Shown: positions 1 to 12,211 of the stretch, piece by piece
Position numbering within the stretch: position 1 is the stretch's first letter
Layout of the letters: the number at the start of each line of letters is the position of its first letter
NCBI GenBank assembly: GCA_937889395.1
Contig: CALAOW010000107.1
Span: 1-49,819, forward strand
Direction: 5' to 3'
DNA from: an uncultured Pseudomonadota bacterium
Lineage (GTDB): Bacteria; Desulfobacterota; Binatia; Binatales; Binataceae
Length of the DNA stretch: 49,819 nt
Made by a program: the position numbers and the translations under genes
Notes under the pieces: generated by a model
What the model saw: the letters and a program-made list of their open reading frames with translations, nothing else
Databases searched by the model: none
Told to the model about the DNA's origin: nothing

Positions 1-74
1 TGGGCGGATTCGACTGGTCGCGACCCGACGTCAAGGACGCCTTGCAGCAACTGCTCGACTCAAAGCAAGGATAA
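1..74 (+). CDS. 3' end of a gene running in from the left edge (GGFDWSRPDVKDALQQLLDSKQG*), possibly TlpA/ResA-like thioredoxin
   Basis: Open frame from position 3 to TAA at 72-74; the G-x-x-D-W-S motif followed by a helix resembles TlpA C-termini; too short to be sure. Confidence 0.35.
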   Translation, partial: GGFDWSRPDVKDALQQLLDSKQG

Positions 75-383
75 CAAGGGGTGACCCCTTGACCCAGTAT
101 TAAGGCCGCCCGCCGTTGGCGGGCGCGGCCCGTGCCAGCGACTTAATACTGCGCTGCCGTCGCCACGGCCAGGGGCTGCGGCCCCTGCACCCGCAGTGAG
201 AAGACGCGAAAATCTGCGCAGCGCATCTTTTCGCGACTACGCGATGGCAGGGGTGGCCCCTGCACCCAATGTTAAGGCCGCCCGCCGTTGGCGGGCGCGG
301 CCCGTGCCAGTGACTTAATACTGGCCAGCCGTGCCAACGGCCAGGGGTGACCCGTGCACCCGGTATTAAGAAGAAGATGCGGG
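75..383. repeat. Cluster of REP-like palindromic repeats
   Basis: 52-nt direct repeat 100-151 vs 272-323 (1 mismatch), each with an internal GCCCGCC/GGCGGGC hairpin; CAGGGG-N2-4-CCCCTGCACCC-like motif at ~76, 170, 248 and 342. Confidence 0.8.
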
Positions 384-545
384 ACTTCGTCCCTGTTGGG
401 GAGTTTGTGAGGGAAGAGACCGGAGTGTCCGTGGGGAATCTGGCGGCGGGACGCATGCACACGAGTTGAACGAATGTCCAAGCGCTCAGCTCTTAAGTAT
501 TTCGCGCGAACTTGCTACGATCACGGCAGCCTGATGCATTTCAGA

Positions 546-621
546 GGGCCCATAGCTCAGCCAGGTTCAGAGCTGCCGGCTCATAACCGGCTGGTCCCAG
601 GTTCAAATCCTGGTGGGCCCA
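546..621 (+). tRNA. tRNA with CAT anticodon, most likely tRNA-Ile2 (lysidine)
   Basis: GGGCCCA/TGGGCCC acceptor stem, anticodon arm CCGG-CT-CAT-AA-CCGG, GGTTCAAATCC T-loop; paired G1-C72 argues against the initiator tRNA; CCA does not directly follow the discriminator. Confidence 0.88.
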
Positions 622-714
622 TACCATTCGTGCCCGCGGCGCCAGCCGACGGGCTTTATCATGATGAGGAACAAAAACTTTGCGCGACGCGCACAACTTT
701 AGCGGAGGGAAGAA

Positions 715-1431
715 TTGCGTGAAGAGATAAACCGGCTGATGGACCTCCAGATCATCGACCGGCAACTGCAAGAGTTGGAGCAATCGCTGACGTCGATTGC
801 CGGGCGAGTTGACCAACTTCGCGATGAGAACCAGAAGAACCAGGCCGAATTCGATCGCCTTAGCGAACAAGACAAGGAAATAACCGCGGCCCGCAAAAAG
901 GCCGAGCGTGAACTGGCCGAGGGCGAAGTCAGAATCCGCAACAAGCGGATGCGATTGACGCTGGTCCGCAACGATAAGGAATTGCAGGCGCTGACGCACG
1001 AAATCGAGTCGTTGAAGGAGACCAATCAGCGGCTCGAGAGCGAGGCGCTCACGTCGATGGAAGGCGCGGACGCGAGGACCGCGCGAATCAAAGAGCTCAC
1101 CGAAGCGATCGCCAAGGGGCGCATCGATCTGGCGGCGGCGGAAAAGGAAATCGCGGCGGAAGTCGAAGAGCTCAAGGGCAACATCGGCAAGCATCGCGAG
1201 TCCCGCGAGAAGGTTGCCGAGAATGTCGATGCGAATCTGCTCTCGCGCTACCAGATGATTTTCAGCCGGCGCGCCGGCGTCGCCGTTGCATTGGCGAAGG
1301 GCGGGACCTGTCAGGGATGCAGGATGCGGCTGCCGCCACAGCTATACAACGAGATCCAGAAGCATCGGCAGATACATTTCTGCCCGAACTGCCAGCGCGT
1401 CCTGTACTACGCGGAGCCTGCACCCGAGTAA
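715..1431 (+). CDS. Coiled-coil protein with C-terminal C4 zinc ribbon (CT398/DUF164-like)
   Basis: Long heptad coiled coil, then CQGC...CPNC; usual location near rnpB. Confidence 0.9.
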   Translation: MREEINRLMDLQIIDRQLQELEQSLTSIAGRVDQLRDENQKNQAEFDRLSEQDKEITAARKKAERELAEGEVRIRNKRMRLTLVRNDKELQALTHEIESLKETNQRLESEALTSMEGADARTARIKELTEAIAKGRIDLAAAEKEIAAEVEELKGNIGKHRESREKVAENVDANLLSRYQMIFSRRAGVAVALAKGGTCQGCRMRLPPQLYNEIQKHRQIHFCPNCQRVLYYAEPAPE

Positions 1432-1516
1432 AATGCGGGCGGAGTTTGCCCTGCGCGACCTCCTGGACAAGGAGAGGTCAGGATCTGATTCCATCGCCCA
1501 CGCGTTCTCTTTTTTT

Positions 1517-1543
1517 GTCATCCTGAGCGCAGCGAAGGATCTC
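1517..1543. repeat. REP-like GTCATCCTGAGCGCAGCGAAGGATCTC element
   Basis: ATCCT...AGGAT hairpin; widespread intergenic repeat type. Confidence 0.65.
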
Positions 1544-1593
1544 GCGCGATCGCGCGTGGGAGACCGAATCAAAAAGATGCTAGTCTGATGGGG

Positions 1594-1935
1594 CCGGAGT
1601 GAGTCGGGCGATCGCTTCCTGAACAGGGAAGAGGAAAGTCCGGGCTCCGTAGGGCAGGATGGCCGTTAACGGCGGCGCGGAGCGATTCGCGGAAAGTGGC
1701 ACAGAAAATACACCGCCCGAAAGGGTAAGGGTGAAATGGTGGGGTAAGAGCCCACCGGCGCGCGAGTGATCGTGCGCGCATGCCAAACCCCATCCGGAGC
1801 AAGACCAAATAGGAGGCTGAGCGGCCCGCTCTTAAGGCCTCGGGTATGGTCGCATGAGCCGGCGAGCAATCGACGGCCTAGAGGAATGATCGCCGCCCGC
1901 AAGGGCACAGAACCCGGCTTACAGACTCACTCCGG
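1594..1935 (+). ncRNA. rnpB: RNase P RNA (class A)
   Basis: GAGGAAAGTCCGGGC, AGTGGCACAGAAA, GGGTGAAATGGTGGGGTAAGAGCCCACCG and ACAGAACCCGGCTTA; 5' CCGGAGTGAGTC pairs with 3' GACTCACTCCGG. Confidence 0.97.
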
Positions 1936-1954
1936 TTCTTTTCAGTGAACGTGC

Positions 1955-2165
1955 TTTTTTCAGTGAACGTGCAATGTGCCGGCGTCATGGATGCTGTGGG
2001 CGTCGGCAACACAGCAAGCCTTATCGGTTCGATTGCATCCTCTTGTGGTCAAGCAATTGTGCGGGCGGGCGTCATGGATGCTGTGGGCATCGGCAACACA
2101 GCAAGCCTAATCGGTTCGATTGCCTCCTCTTGCGGCCAAGGCACATTGCACGTTCACTGAAAAAA
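1955..2165. mobile_element. MITE-like element: perfect 26-bp terminal inverted repeats enclosing an 87-bp-period tandem duplication
   Basis: TTTTTTCAGTGAACGTGCAATGTGCC (1955-1980) is the reverse complement of 2140-2165; GTGC on both outer flanks; internal copies at 1981-2053 and 2068-2140. Confidence 0.55.
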
Positions 2166-3443
2166 GTGCGCGCTACCCTTACCCTGAAAAACGCGCAGTC
2201 GCGATGCGGCCGCCTCGAGCGGTTTCAGAATCGCGGTGCCTGAGGTCACGTAACGGGAGACTCGCGAGAGGGCGGCCAGGTCGCGCACGCCGGCTTCGAT
2301 TTCCGGCGCGATCGCGAGCTTGACGCCGGGCGGAAGTTCGCGCGCGAAGGCCGCGACGCGCTCGATCTCGTCGAGGGTCCGGTCGCGATACTCCTCGAAG
2401 TGATGGACCAGCCGGCCGAATCCGCCGGCATCCCCGTCATCTCTGGCGAGCGACGATCTCAATTCCCAAATTTCCGCGAGATGACTCAACGGACGCTCGG
2501 CAAAATCCGCGACGGCCGACCAAGTGCGCTCGTCGAGGAACCGATTGATCACTATCGCGGCGAGCTTGAGTCCTTCGGAGTCCATCTGGGCGAGCAGCTC
2601 GCGCGCCTGGCGGATGCGATCGGGTTCCGCCGTCGTCACCATCACGAACCGGACGGCGGGCGAATGCAGCAGCGCTTCAGTCTTGTGCAGACGATCGACA
2701 ATTGCGTCCATGCTGTCGGCGGCGGCCGCGAAGAAATCCGTGATGGTCGAAAGCACGTTGCCGCCGGCAAAGCGCTCGAGCTCGCGCACGACAAATTGCG
2801 CCGCCTTGCTGGCGACCTTCATCGCAATCCGCCCGGCAGAAAGCGACGGCGTAAAGAGCCATCGCGCAGTCCGCGAATCGAGCAGGCGAATGAGCCGCGC
2901 GGGCGTCTGCAGGAACTCGAAGGAGTGCGCCGCGGGAGGAGTGTCCACGACTTCGAGCTCGAACGCGCCGGTCTGATGAAGATCGTAAAGTTGCTGGAGC
3001 GCGGCGAAGGCTTCGGAGCCGGCGAACTCGGTAGTCAGGCTTTTGTAGAATGGATTGTCGAAAATCCTGCGGCGCGTCGCCGGGTCGGCGATAAAGCGCT
3101 CGACGATGGCGTCCCAGGCGCCCGTCACGTCGAGCATCATCGCGGAGAGCCGAAGTCGGCGGTCAAGCCCGGCCGCGGCAAGCTGCCGGCCGCCGATTCG
3201 GGTTGGCTGACCGCCCAGGCGGGCCAGGCCGAGCGCGTCACGCAGGCGCTCGGAAGGATCGACGGTTATGACCGCGGTGTTGAGATTGGCAGATGCGCCG
3301 GCGAGTCCGAGCGCGGCGGCGATAGTCGTCTTACCGACGCCGCCGGTGCCGAGCAGAATCGGAATCGAGCCTTTGGTGAGCAGGTCTTTCAAGCAGCAGC
3401 TCCGTTTCAGGGTCACGATAGCAGGCGCGGGGAATGGGCGCAT
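2154..3443 (-). CDS. ArsA/Get3-like ATPase (Rv3680-like subunit); start may be TTG at 3392
   Basis: GTGGVGKTT P-loop, TVDPSERLRDALG, VVDTPPA. Confidence 0.88.
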   Translation of the reverse strand: MRPFPAPAIVTLKRSCCLKDLLTKGSIPILLGTGGVGKTTIAAALGLAGASANLNTAVITVDPSERLRDALGLARLGGQPTRIGGRQLAAAGLDRRLRLSAMMLDVTGAWDAIVERFIADPATRRRIFDNPFYKSLTTEFAGSEAFAALQQLYDLHQTGAFELEVVDTPPAAHSFEFLQTPARLIRLLDSRTARWLFTPSLSAGRIAMKVASKAAQFVVRELERFAGGNVLSTITDFFAAAADSMDAIVDRLHKTEALLHSPAVRFVMVTTAEPDRIRQARELLAQMDSEGLKLAAIVINRFLDERTWSAVADFAERPLSHLAEIWELRSSLARDDGDAGGFGRLVHHFEEYRDRTLDEIERVAAFARELPPGVKLAIAPEIEAGVRDLAALSRVSRYVTSGTAILKPLEAAASRLRVFQGKGSAHFFQ

Positions 3444-3547
3444 CGCAGGACAATTGTTGTCATCGTGAGATGCAAAATGTCGACAGTCGATTAGACGGCT
3501 TCACGCCTGGGGAATAGAATCCTCGCGGGGGAATCAGGGGGCGCCAG

Positions 3548-4804
3548 ATGGCAATAGAATTCGTGGCAGCAGTTGTGGTCGGTGCTTTCCTCGGGATTGC
3601 AATTGGATGGTTGCTGGCGCAGCGGAACGCAACGCGTCTCAAGGTACGGCTCGAAGAAACCGAAAAGCGCCTTGGAGAGGAGAAAAGTCTACTCGACAAA
3701 GCCAAGGAGCAGCTCTCTGACACCTTCCGAGCACTCGCCGCCGACGCCCTTCACCAGAACAACGACGGATTTCTGGCGCTTGCGACCGAAAGACTCAACA
3801 CCGTCAGAAGCGAGGCGGCAGGCGAGCTTGAAGCGCGCAAGCAGGAAATCGAAACGCTCGTGAAACCGCTCGGCGATTCGCTCGCCGAAATGACGAAGCA
3901 AATCCGGTCGCTGGAACAGGCTCGGAGCACGGCTTACGGAACGCTGACTGAGCAAGTGAGGTCGCTAATATCTACGCAGGATTTGCTCCGAACGGAGACG
4001 GGAAACCTCGTAAAGGCGCTGCGTGCCCCAATCGTGCGCGGACGATGGGGCGAAGTTCAGCTCAAGCGCGTCGTGGAATTGGCCGGGATGATCGAGCGAT
4101 GCGATTTCTTTCAGCAGGAGAGCGTGGATACCGAGAGCGGAAGACTCAGGCCAGATATGCGCGTCCAACTTCCTGGCGGCAAGAATATCGTGGTCGATGC
4201 AAAAGCGCCGCTGCAGGCGTATCTCGACGCCGTGGAAGCACCGACCGATGAGCTGCGAATGACGAAACTGAAGGAACACGCGCGGCAGGTGCGCGATCAT
4301 ATGGTCAAGCTGGGTGCGAAGAACTATTGGGACCATCTGCAGCCGACGCCCGAATTCGTCGTGATGTTCCTCCCGGGCGAGGCCTTCTTCAGCGCCGCGC
4401 TCGAACAGGATCCGTCCTTGATTGAACAGGGGGTGAACCAGCGCGTGATTCTTGCCACGCCGACTACGCTGATCGCAGTGCTTCGTGCGGTGGCCTACGG
4501 ATGGCGTCAGGAGCAGCTCGCGGAGAACGCGCAGCGCATCGCCGACCTTGGTAAAGATTTGTACGAGCGCATGGGCACCATGGCAGAACACATCGAAGAT
4601 ATTGGTGGCGATCTCAACAAAGCCGTCGGCTCGTACAACAAGGTCGTCGGTTCATTGGAACGGATGGTTCTTCCCGCGGCGCGCCGGTTCAAGGAACTCG
4701 GCGTCGGCGGCAACAAACACATACCTGAACTGAATCCGGTCGATAACGTCCCGCGCCCGTTGACCTCGACAGCGATCCCGGAAACCGAGCGCGACGACGA
4801 CTAG
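3548..4804 (+). CDS. rmuC: DNA recombination protein RmuC
   Basis: N-terminal TM helix, [42 protein letters not shown]. Confidence 0.95.
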   Translation: MAIEFVAAVVVGAFLGIAIGWLLAQRNATRLKVRLEETEKRLGEEKSLLDKAKEQLSDTFRALAADALHQNNDGFLALATERLNTVRSEAAGELEARKQEIETLVKPLGDSLAEMTKQIRSLEQARSTAYGTLTEQVRSLISTQDLLRTETGNLVKALRAPIVRGRWGEVQLKRVVELAGMIERCDFFQQESVDTESGRLRPDMRVQLPGGKNIVVDAKAPLQAYLDAVEAPTDELRMTKLKEHARQVRDHMVKLGAKNYWDHLQPTPEFVVMFLPGEAFFSAALEQDPSLIEQGVNQRVILATPTTLIAVLRAVAYGWRQEQLAENAQRIADLGKDLYERMGTMAEHIEDIGGDLNKAVGSYNKVVGSLERMVLPAARRFKELGVGGNKHIPELNPVDNVPRPLTSTAIPETERDDD

Positions 4805-4825
4805 CCGCGCGCTCGCGTTTTTCAC

Positions 4826-6016
4826 TTACTCGATCTCCTGGTCGGAGGGGGGCGGGGGCTTCAGTTGGCTGCGCTCCTTGCCGGCGACGATCCATCGCTC
4901 GACTTCGTGACGCTCGCGCTTGAGGAATCCCGCAATTGCCCGCTTGAGATCCGGGTTGGAGACGTAGTGGATGCTGCGGGTGAGGGCGGGATCGAAGCCG
5001 CGCAGCCATTTGTATTCGCCGCCGGCGCCGGGCTCGTAACGCTGAATGCCGCTCAGAATCGAGTGCTCGATGCCCGCGTAGTAGCAGACGTTGAAGTGCA
5101 GGAAGCGGACCTCGCGGAAGCATCCCCAATAGCGGCCGTACATCACGTTCGCCTTGGCCAGGTTGACGGCGCCCGCGATCAGTTCGCGTCCCGCGTATGC
5201 GCCGATGAAAATCATGTTGCGTTTGAAGGATTTGCGGATGAGATCGAAAAAGTCCTCGGTGAGATATCGACGGCCCCAGTAAAGCTTTTCGATCGTCGAG
5301 CAATAGATTCGGTACATCTCGGGGAACATCCGGTCGGGGATTTCCTCGCCCGCCATCACGCGGATGTGGACGCCTTGTTCGTCCATCGCGGCGCGTTCGT
5401 GGCGGACGGCGGTGCGCCGCTTGTGCTTGAGCCGGTTCAGATAATCGTCGAAGGTCGCGAAGCCCGCGTTATGCCAATGGTACTGATAGCCGAGCCGCTC
5501 CATGAATCCGATCGGCGCGAGCGCGGCAGCTTCGTCGGGCTGGCAAAAATTGACGTGCACACTCGACAGCTTGTTATCCTCGCAGATGGATGTGAGCGCG
5601 AGGCCGAGCAGATTGATGAGGCCGGCTCGATCGACGCCCGGCGCGGTTAGAAATCGGCGTCCCGTATGCGGCGTGAACGGCACCCCGACCAGAATCTTGG
5701 GGAAGTAGCCGATGCCGGCGCGCTCGGCCGCGTCGGCCCATCCATGGTCGAAGACGAACTCGCCCATGCTGTGGGTCTTGAGGTAGAGCGGGGCTGCGGC
5801 GACGATTCGTTTGCGGGGCGCCTCTCGAACCACGAGATGATACGGGGCCCATCCGGTGTCGCGCGCAGCCGATCCGGAGTGCTCCATCGCATACAGCCAA
5901 TCCCATTCGACGAACGGAGAATCGTCGGGGGCGAGCAGGGCGTCCCACGCCGCGCGGGGAATCTTGTCGATTCCCTCGATGATCGCGACTTCGAGTCTGG
6001 GTGCGGAATCATTCAT
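4826..6016 (-). CDS. FemAB-like GNAT-fold protein (COG3146/DUF482)
   Basis: [50 protein letters not shown]. Confidence 0.92.
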   Translation of the reverse strand: MNDSAPRLEVAIIEGIDKIPRAAWDALLAPDDSPFVEWDWLYAMEHSGSAARDTGWAPYHLVVREAPRKRIVAAAPLYLKTHSMGEFVFDHGWADAAERAGIGYFPKILVGVPFTPHTGRRFLTAPGVDRAGLINLLGLALTSICEDNKLSSVHVNFCQPDEAAALAPIGFMERLGYQYHWHNAGFATFDDYLNRLKHKRRTAVRHERAAMDEQGVHIRVMAGEEIPDRMFPEMYRIYCSTIEKLYWGRRYLTEDFFDLIRKSFKRNMIFIGAYAGRELIAGAVNLAKANVMYGRYWGCFREVRFLHFNVCYYAGIEHSILSGIQRYEPGAGGEYKWLRGFDPALTRSIHYVSNPDLKRAIAGFLKRERHEVERWIVAGKERSQLKPPPPSDQEIE

Positions 6017-6188
6017 GGCAAAGTTTCAATTTATCACTCCCTTCGGTCGAGCAAATCACAACAGTGAAAAGTCAAAATATCAGACTTATCGCATCCGAAC
6101 CGATTTTTGCCGGATGCTCACTAGGAATGCTCGAATTTGTTATTATATTGGTAAGGCCGAGGGAGGCGCTCCGAGCGACAGAGGTGCG

Positions 6189-6569
6189 ATGGTGGATTTC
6201 GTGCGCAAGCGGATGGTTTTGGCGCGAATCACCGGCGGTGACGGTGACGGCAATGGCCGCTCCGGCGGTGGCGATATCGCTACCGAGCGCAAGACCCGCA
6301 CCAAGTCGCAGACCGCCAAACCGCCTCTGTACAAGGTTATTTTGCTCAACGACGATTACACGCCGATGGAGTTCGTCGTCGAAGTGTTGGAAGCGGTATT
6401 TCACAAGCAGCACGCCGAAGCGACCCGAATCATGCTCCACGTGCATCAGAACGGGATGGGCGTGGCGGGCGTGTATCCATTCGAAGTCGCGGAGACCAAG
6501 ACGCATACCGTCGAGGAACTCGCGCGTGAGGCCGAGTATCCGCTCAAGTGCGTGATGGAAAAGGAATGA
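6189..6569 (+). CDS. clpS: Clp protease adaptor ClpS
   Basis: [34 protein letters not shown]; ATG 6189 follows GAGGTG. Confidence 0.95.
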   Translation: MVDFVRKRMVLARITGGDGDGNGRSGGGDIATERKTRTKSQTAKPPLYKVILLNDDYTPMEFVVEVLEAVFHKQHAEATRIMLHVHQNGMGVAGVYPFEVAETKTHTVEELAREAEYPLKCVMEKE

Positions 6570-6609
6570 CCAGGCCGTAGCATCGATGCCTCCGTCGAAT
6601 AACAACATC

Positions 6610-8928
<2,319 letters not shown>

Positions 8929-8929
8929 T

Positions 8930-9523
8930 TCAGTTAACGGCCAGGCCTGCCTCGGTGAGGCGATGCTCGAGAATCGGGATGCGGTCGTGACCCCAGAACG
9001 GTTCGCCGTCGAAGAAGAACAGCGGTACGCCGAAGACGTGGTCGGCGGCGGCTTCCTCCTGGGCGCGCTGATAGGCGGCGGCGCCTTCACCTGACAGATA
9101 TTTGCGATAGTCGTCGGCGGACATGCCGAGGCTTGCGATTACGCTCGCGACCGCGTCGGGCTGATCGGCCTCGAGCTCGCGGCGAAAGAACATCTCGAAA
9201 ACTCGACGGCTGTAATCGAGCAGGCGGCCGTGCTCATCCGCGAACAGGCCGCCGATCAGCGCCGGCGTCGTGTCGTAAACCTTCAGCGGCCCGCGAATAA
9301 CCAGGCCGCGCGGTTTGGCCCATCGGCGCGCGTCGAGATACGAGTAGCGCGCCTTGTGTTCGGAGTAGAGACTGCGCTCGCCCTTGCCCTTGATTCGAAG
9401 CTGGAACGGAATCCATCGGATGCGAATTCGAAATCGCTGTTCGAGCGCGAAGGCGGGATCGAATGCGAGGTAGGCGAACGGACTCTTGTAGTCCGAGTAC
9501 ATCTTCACTTCCTTCGCTTGCAT
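8930..9523 (-). CDS. DsbA-family/2-hydroxychromene-2-carboxylate isomerase-like protein
   Basis: YSDYKSPFAYL and VFGVPLFFFDGEPFWGHDRI; the longer ORF extension overlaps nadB. Confidence 0.88.
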   Translation of the reverse strand: MQAKEVKMYSDYKSPFAYLAFDPAFALEQRFRIRIRWIPFQLRIKGKGERSLYSEHKARYSYLDARRWAKPRGLVIRGPLKVYDTTPALIGGLFADEHGRLLDYSRRVFEMFFRRELEADQPDAVASVIASLGMSADDYRKYLSGEGAAAYQRAQEEAAADHVFGVPLFFFDGEPFWGHDRIPILEHRLTEAGLAVN

Positions 9524-9549
9524 GAGATCGATTTCGCGGCGCGGGATTT

Positions 9550-11184
9550 TCAGATCCGAAGGTCGGGCTTTTGCAGTATCGTCGGATGCACCCATTCGGG
9601 GCCGCCCGTTTCGGGATGATCGATGTTGTAATGCAAGCCGCGCGATTCGCGCCGGCTCATCGCGGATCGCACGACCAGCTCCGCGACCATCGCCAGGTTG
9701 CGCAACTCGATCGTGTCGGCGTCGAGCAGGTGGTCCCAGTAGTAGCGGTGGATTTCGTCCTTGAGCATCTCGATGCGGCGAAGCGCGCGCTCGAGGCGCT
9801 GGTCGCTGCGCACGATGCCGACGTAGTTCCACATCAGGCGGCGAATCTCGTCCCAGCTCTGCGTGATCATCACGCGCTCCTCGCTGCGGATCGCACGCCC
9901 GGGATCCCACTGGGGAAATTCGGGCGGCGCGCCGCCTCCCGACGCGACGATTTCGCGCGCCGCGGCAAAGCCGCGCCGGCCCATCACGGCGGCCTCGAGC
10001 AGCGAGTTCGACGCGAGCCGGTTGGCGCCGTGCAAACCGGTCATCGCGACCTCGCCGGCGGCGTACAGGTGCGGAATCGAGGTGCGTCCGTCGAGATCGG
10101 TCTGCACGCCGCCGCACATATAGTGGGCCGCGGGCACCACCGGAATTGGTCCTTTGGTCAGGTCATATCCGAAGCTCAAGCATCGCTTGAAGATATTGGG
10201 GAACCGCAGCCGGATGAAATCGGCGTCGCGATGGCTCAAATCGAGATACACGAAGTCCAGGCCGTGACGTTTCATCTCGGAATCGATCGCTCGCGCGACC
10301 ACGTCGCGCGGCGCCAGCTCGGCGTCCGGATGGTAGCGCTTCATGAACGGGGTGCCGTCGGGCAATTTCAGAATCGCGCCCTCGCCGCGCAGCGCCTCGG
10401 AAATGAGAAACGACTTGGCGGCGGGATGGTACAGGCAGGTGGGATGGAACTGGTAGAACTCGAGGTTGGCGACGGACGCGCCCGCCCGATACGCCATCGC
10501 GACGCCGTCGCCCGACGCGATATCGGGATTGGTGGTGTAGAGATAGACCTTGCCGGCGCCGCCCGTCGCCAGCATCGTGGCGCGCGAAATCACTTTGCGG
10601 ATTTCGTGAGTCTCGCGATCGAGCGCATAAACGCCCCAGCATGCGCCCGGCTTTCCCGCGGTGGCAGTCTCGACCAGCAGATTGATCGCGACGTGATTTT
10701 CCAAAGTGCGGATGTTCGGCCGCGCGGCGGCGGCCTCGGTCAGCGCACGCATTATTTCGCGGCCGGTCAGGTCCTGGGCGTGAAGCACGCGGCGATGGCT
10801 ATGGCCGCCCTCCTGGCCGAGGTCGTATTCCTGTTCGGAGTCGACTTCGGCGCCTTCGGTCCCGACGCGGGTGAAGCGAGTGCCGAGCCGGATCAATTCG
10901 CGAATCGCTTCGGGACCCTCGCGAACGATAGTCTCGACCGCGGCGCGATCGCACAGCCCGGCGCCCGCGCGGATCGTGTCCTCGATGTGCGATTCGAACG
11001 TGTCCTCAACGCTCCACACACTGGCGATACCGCCCTGCGCATAGGCGGTGTTGGCCTCGGAGCTGCCGGCCTTGGTGAGAACGGTGACAGTGCCGGCTTC
11101 GGCCGCCTTGATCGCGAACGTCAGGCCCGCGATGCCGCCGCCGATAACCAGGAAGTCGCTGGACAGTTGCGCATTATGCCTCAT
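9550..11184 (-). CDS. nadB: L-aspartate oxidase
   Basis: GGGIAG, AQGGIA, EGGHSHRRVLH, QFHPT, LISEALRGEG, HYMCGG, HGANRLASNSLLE. Confidence 0.96.
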   Translation of the reverse strand: MRHNAQLSSDFLVIGGGIAGLTFAIKAAEAGTVTVLTKAGSSEANTAYAQGGIASVWSVEDTFESHIEDTIRAGAGLCDRAAVETIVREGPEAIRELIRLGTRFTRVGTEGAEVDSEQEYDLGQEGGHSHRRVLHAQDLTGREIMRALTEAAAARPNIRTLENHVAINLLVETATAGKPGACWGVYALDRETHEIRKVISRATMLATGGAGKVYLYTTNPDIASGDGVAMAYRAGASVANLEFYQFHPTCLYHPAAKSFLISEALRGEGAILKLPDGTPFMKRYHPDAELAPRDVVARAIDSEMKRHGLDFVYLDLSHRDADFIRLRFPNIFKRCLSFGYDLTKGPIPVVPAAHYMCGGVQTDLDGRTSIPHLYAAGEVAMTGLHGANRLASNSLLEAAVMGRRGFAAAREIVASGGGAPPEFPQWDPGRAIRSEERVMITQSWDEIRRLMWNYVGIVRSDQRLERALRRIEMLKDEIHRYYWDHLLDADTIELRNLAMVAELVVRSAMSRRESRGLHYNIDHPETGGPEWVHPTILQKPDLRI

Positions 11185-11410
11185 CAGGTGGCCTCGGGCG
11201 CGCCCGCGGGGTGAATCGCGGAGCGTGCGTTGTGTCAAAATGACGCTACTCGGTCTGCGCTCGGCCAGTCAAGGCGATCGCGCGGCTGCGATTTGCCACT
11301 GTGATTCGATTCAAATATTCTGGAAGGTGGGGATCGCAGCGAAAGAACGAAAAAGCGAAAGACGAAACCTTCGCTGCGCAGTTTCGTAGAACCTACGACA
11401 GGCCAAGCCC

Positions 11411-11998
11411 GTGCCGATGACGCCGCCAAATATTGTCACGCTGTTCCGGATCGCCACCGCGCCGATCCTGATCTTGATCCTGATGCACAGCGGGCCGGGT
11501 GCGGCGTGGCTTGCAGCCGGGGTGTTCTTCATCGCGACGGTCAGCGATTATTTCGACGGCTACCTCGCGCGCAGTTACGACTCGGTCAGCACGCTCGGCA
11601 AGTTTCTCGATCCGATGGCCGACAAGCTGGTCGTTGCGACGGTGCTGATCATGCTAGCCGGGATGACGCGAACGCCGCACGTGCCGGCGTGGATGGTGGT
11701 CGTGCTGGTGACGCGCGAAATAATGGTGACGGGACTGCGCGCGGTGGCGGCGGCCGAGGGGTTAATCGTGGCCTCCGAGGAGCTCGGCAAGTACAAGATG
11801 GCGTTGCAGTCGATCGCGATTCAGGGTCTGCTGATTCATTACACGTATTGGCACGTCGATTTCTTCGCCGCCGGGATGTTCGTGCTGTGGATCGCGATGG
11901 CGGTGAGCGTGTGGTCGTGCGTCGATTATTACGTGCGCGTGGTGGTGGCGCTGCGGCCAAAACCAATTACTGCGGCGGGCAAGCGGGCGGTGATTTGA
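11411..11998 (+). CDS. pgsA: CDP-diacylglycerol--glycerol-3-phosphate 3-phosphatidyltransferase
   Basis: PNIVTLFRI and the CDP-alcohol motif DYFDGYLAR...GKFLDPMADK; followed by tRNA-Gly. Confidence 0.94.
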   Translation: MPMTPPNIVTLFRIATAPILILILMHSGPGAAWLAAGVFFIATVSDYFDGYLARSYDSVSTLGKFLDPMADKLVVATVLIMLAGMTRTPHVPAWMVVVLVTREIMVTGLRAVAAAEGLIVASEELGKYKMALQSIAIQGLLIHYTYWHVDFFAAGMFVLWIAMAVSVWSCVDYYVRVVVALRPKPITAAGKRAVI

Positions 11999-12023
11999 CA
12001 GACGCTCCCGCGCCGGATAATCA
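11995..12023 (+). promoter_or_regulatory. Putative sigma70 promoter for tRNA-Gly
   Basis: TTGACA at 11995-12000 (overlaps the pgsA stop) and GATAATCA at 12016-12023. Confidence 0.5.
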
Positions 12024-12050
12024 AATGGGTTCGTCGCGCCGGTTTGGAGA

Positions 12051-12126
12051 GCGGGTGTAGCTCAGTTGGTAGAGCGCGTGCTTGCCAAGCACGAGGTCGT
12101 CGGTTCGAAACCGATCACCCGCTCCA
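12051..12126 (+). tRNA. tRNA-Gly(GCC)
   Basis: 76-nt cloverleaf, loop TT-GCC-AA, encoded CCA. Confidence 0.97.
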
Positions 12127-12211
12127 GGTAAATCGCGACAGACGGCCTCTCCAGGCTGTGCATCAGCGGCAATCGATCGCATATCACACCGGGAGATGAG
12201 GTCTCTTCTCC

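Noticed and set aside
75-383. CRISPR array
   Set aside because: Repeats are variable, spacing is irregular, two 'spacers' are near-identical hairpins, and there are no cas genes
546-621. Initiator tRNA-fMet
   Set aside because: Paired 1-72 position and no run of three G-C pairs ending the anticodon stem
1955-2165. Retron ncRNA or DGR template/variable repeat
   Set aside because: No reverse transcriptase in the window; differences between the repeats are not adenine-specific
2154-3443. Arsenic-resistance arsA
   Set aside because: Single ATPase domain, no metal-binding Cys set, no arsB/C/D/R neighbours
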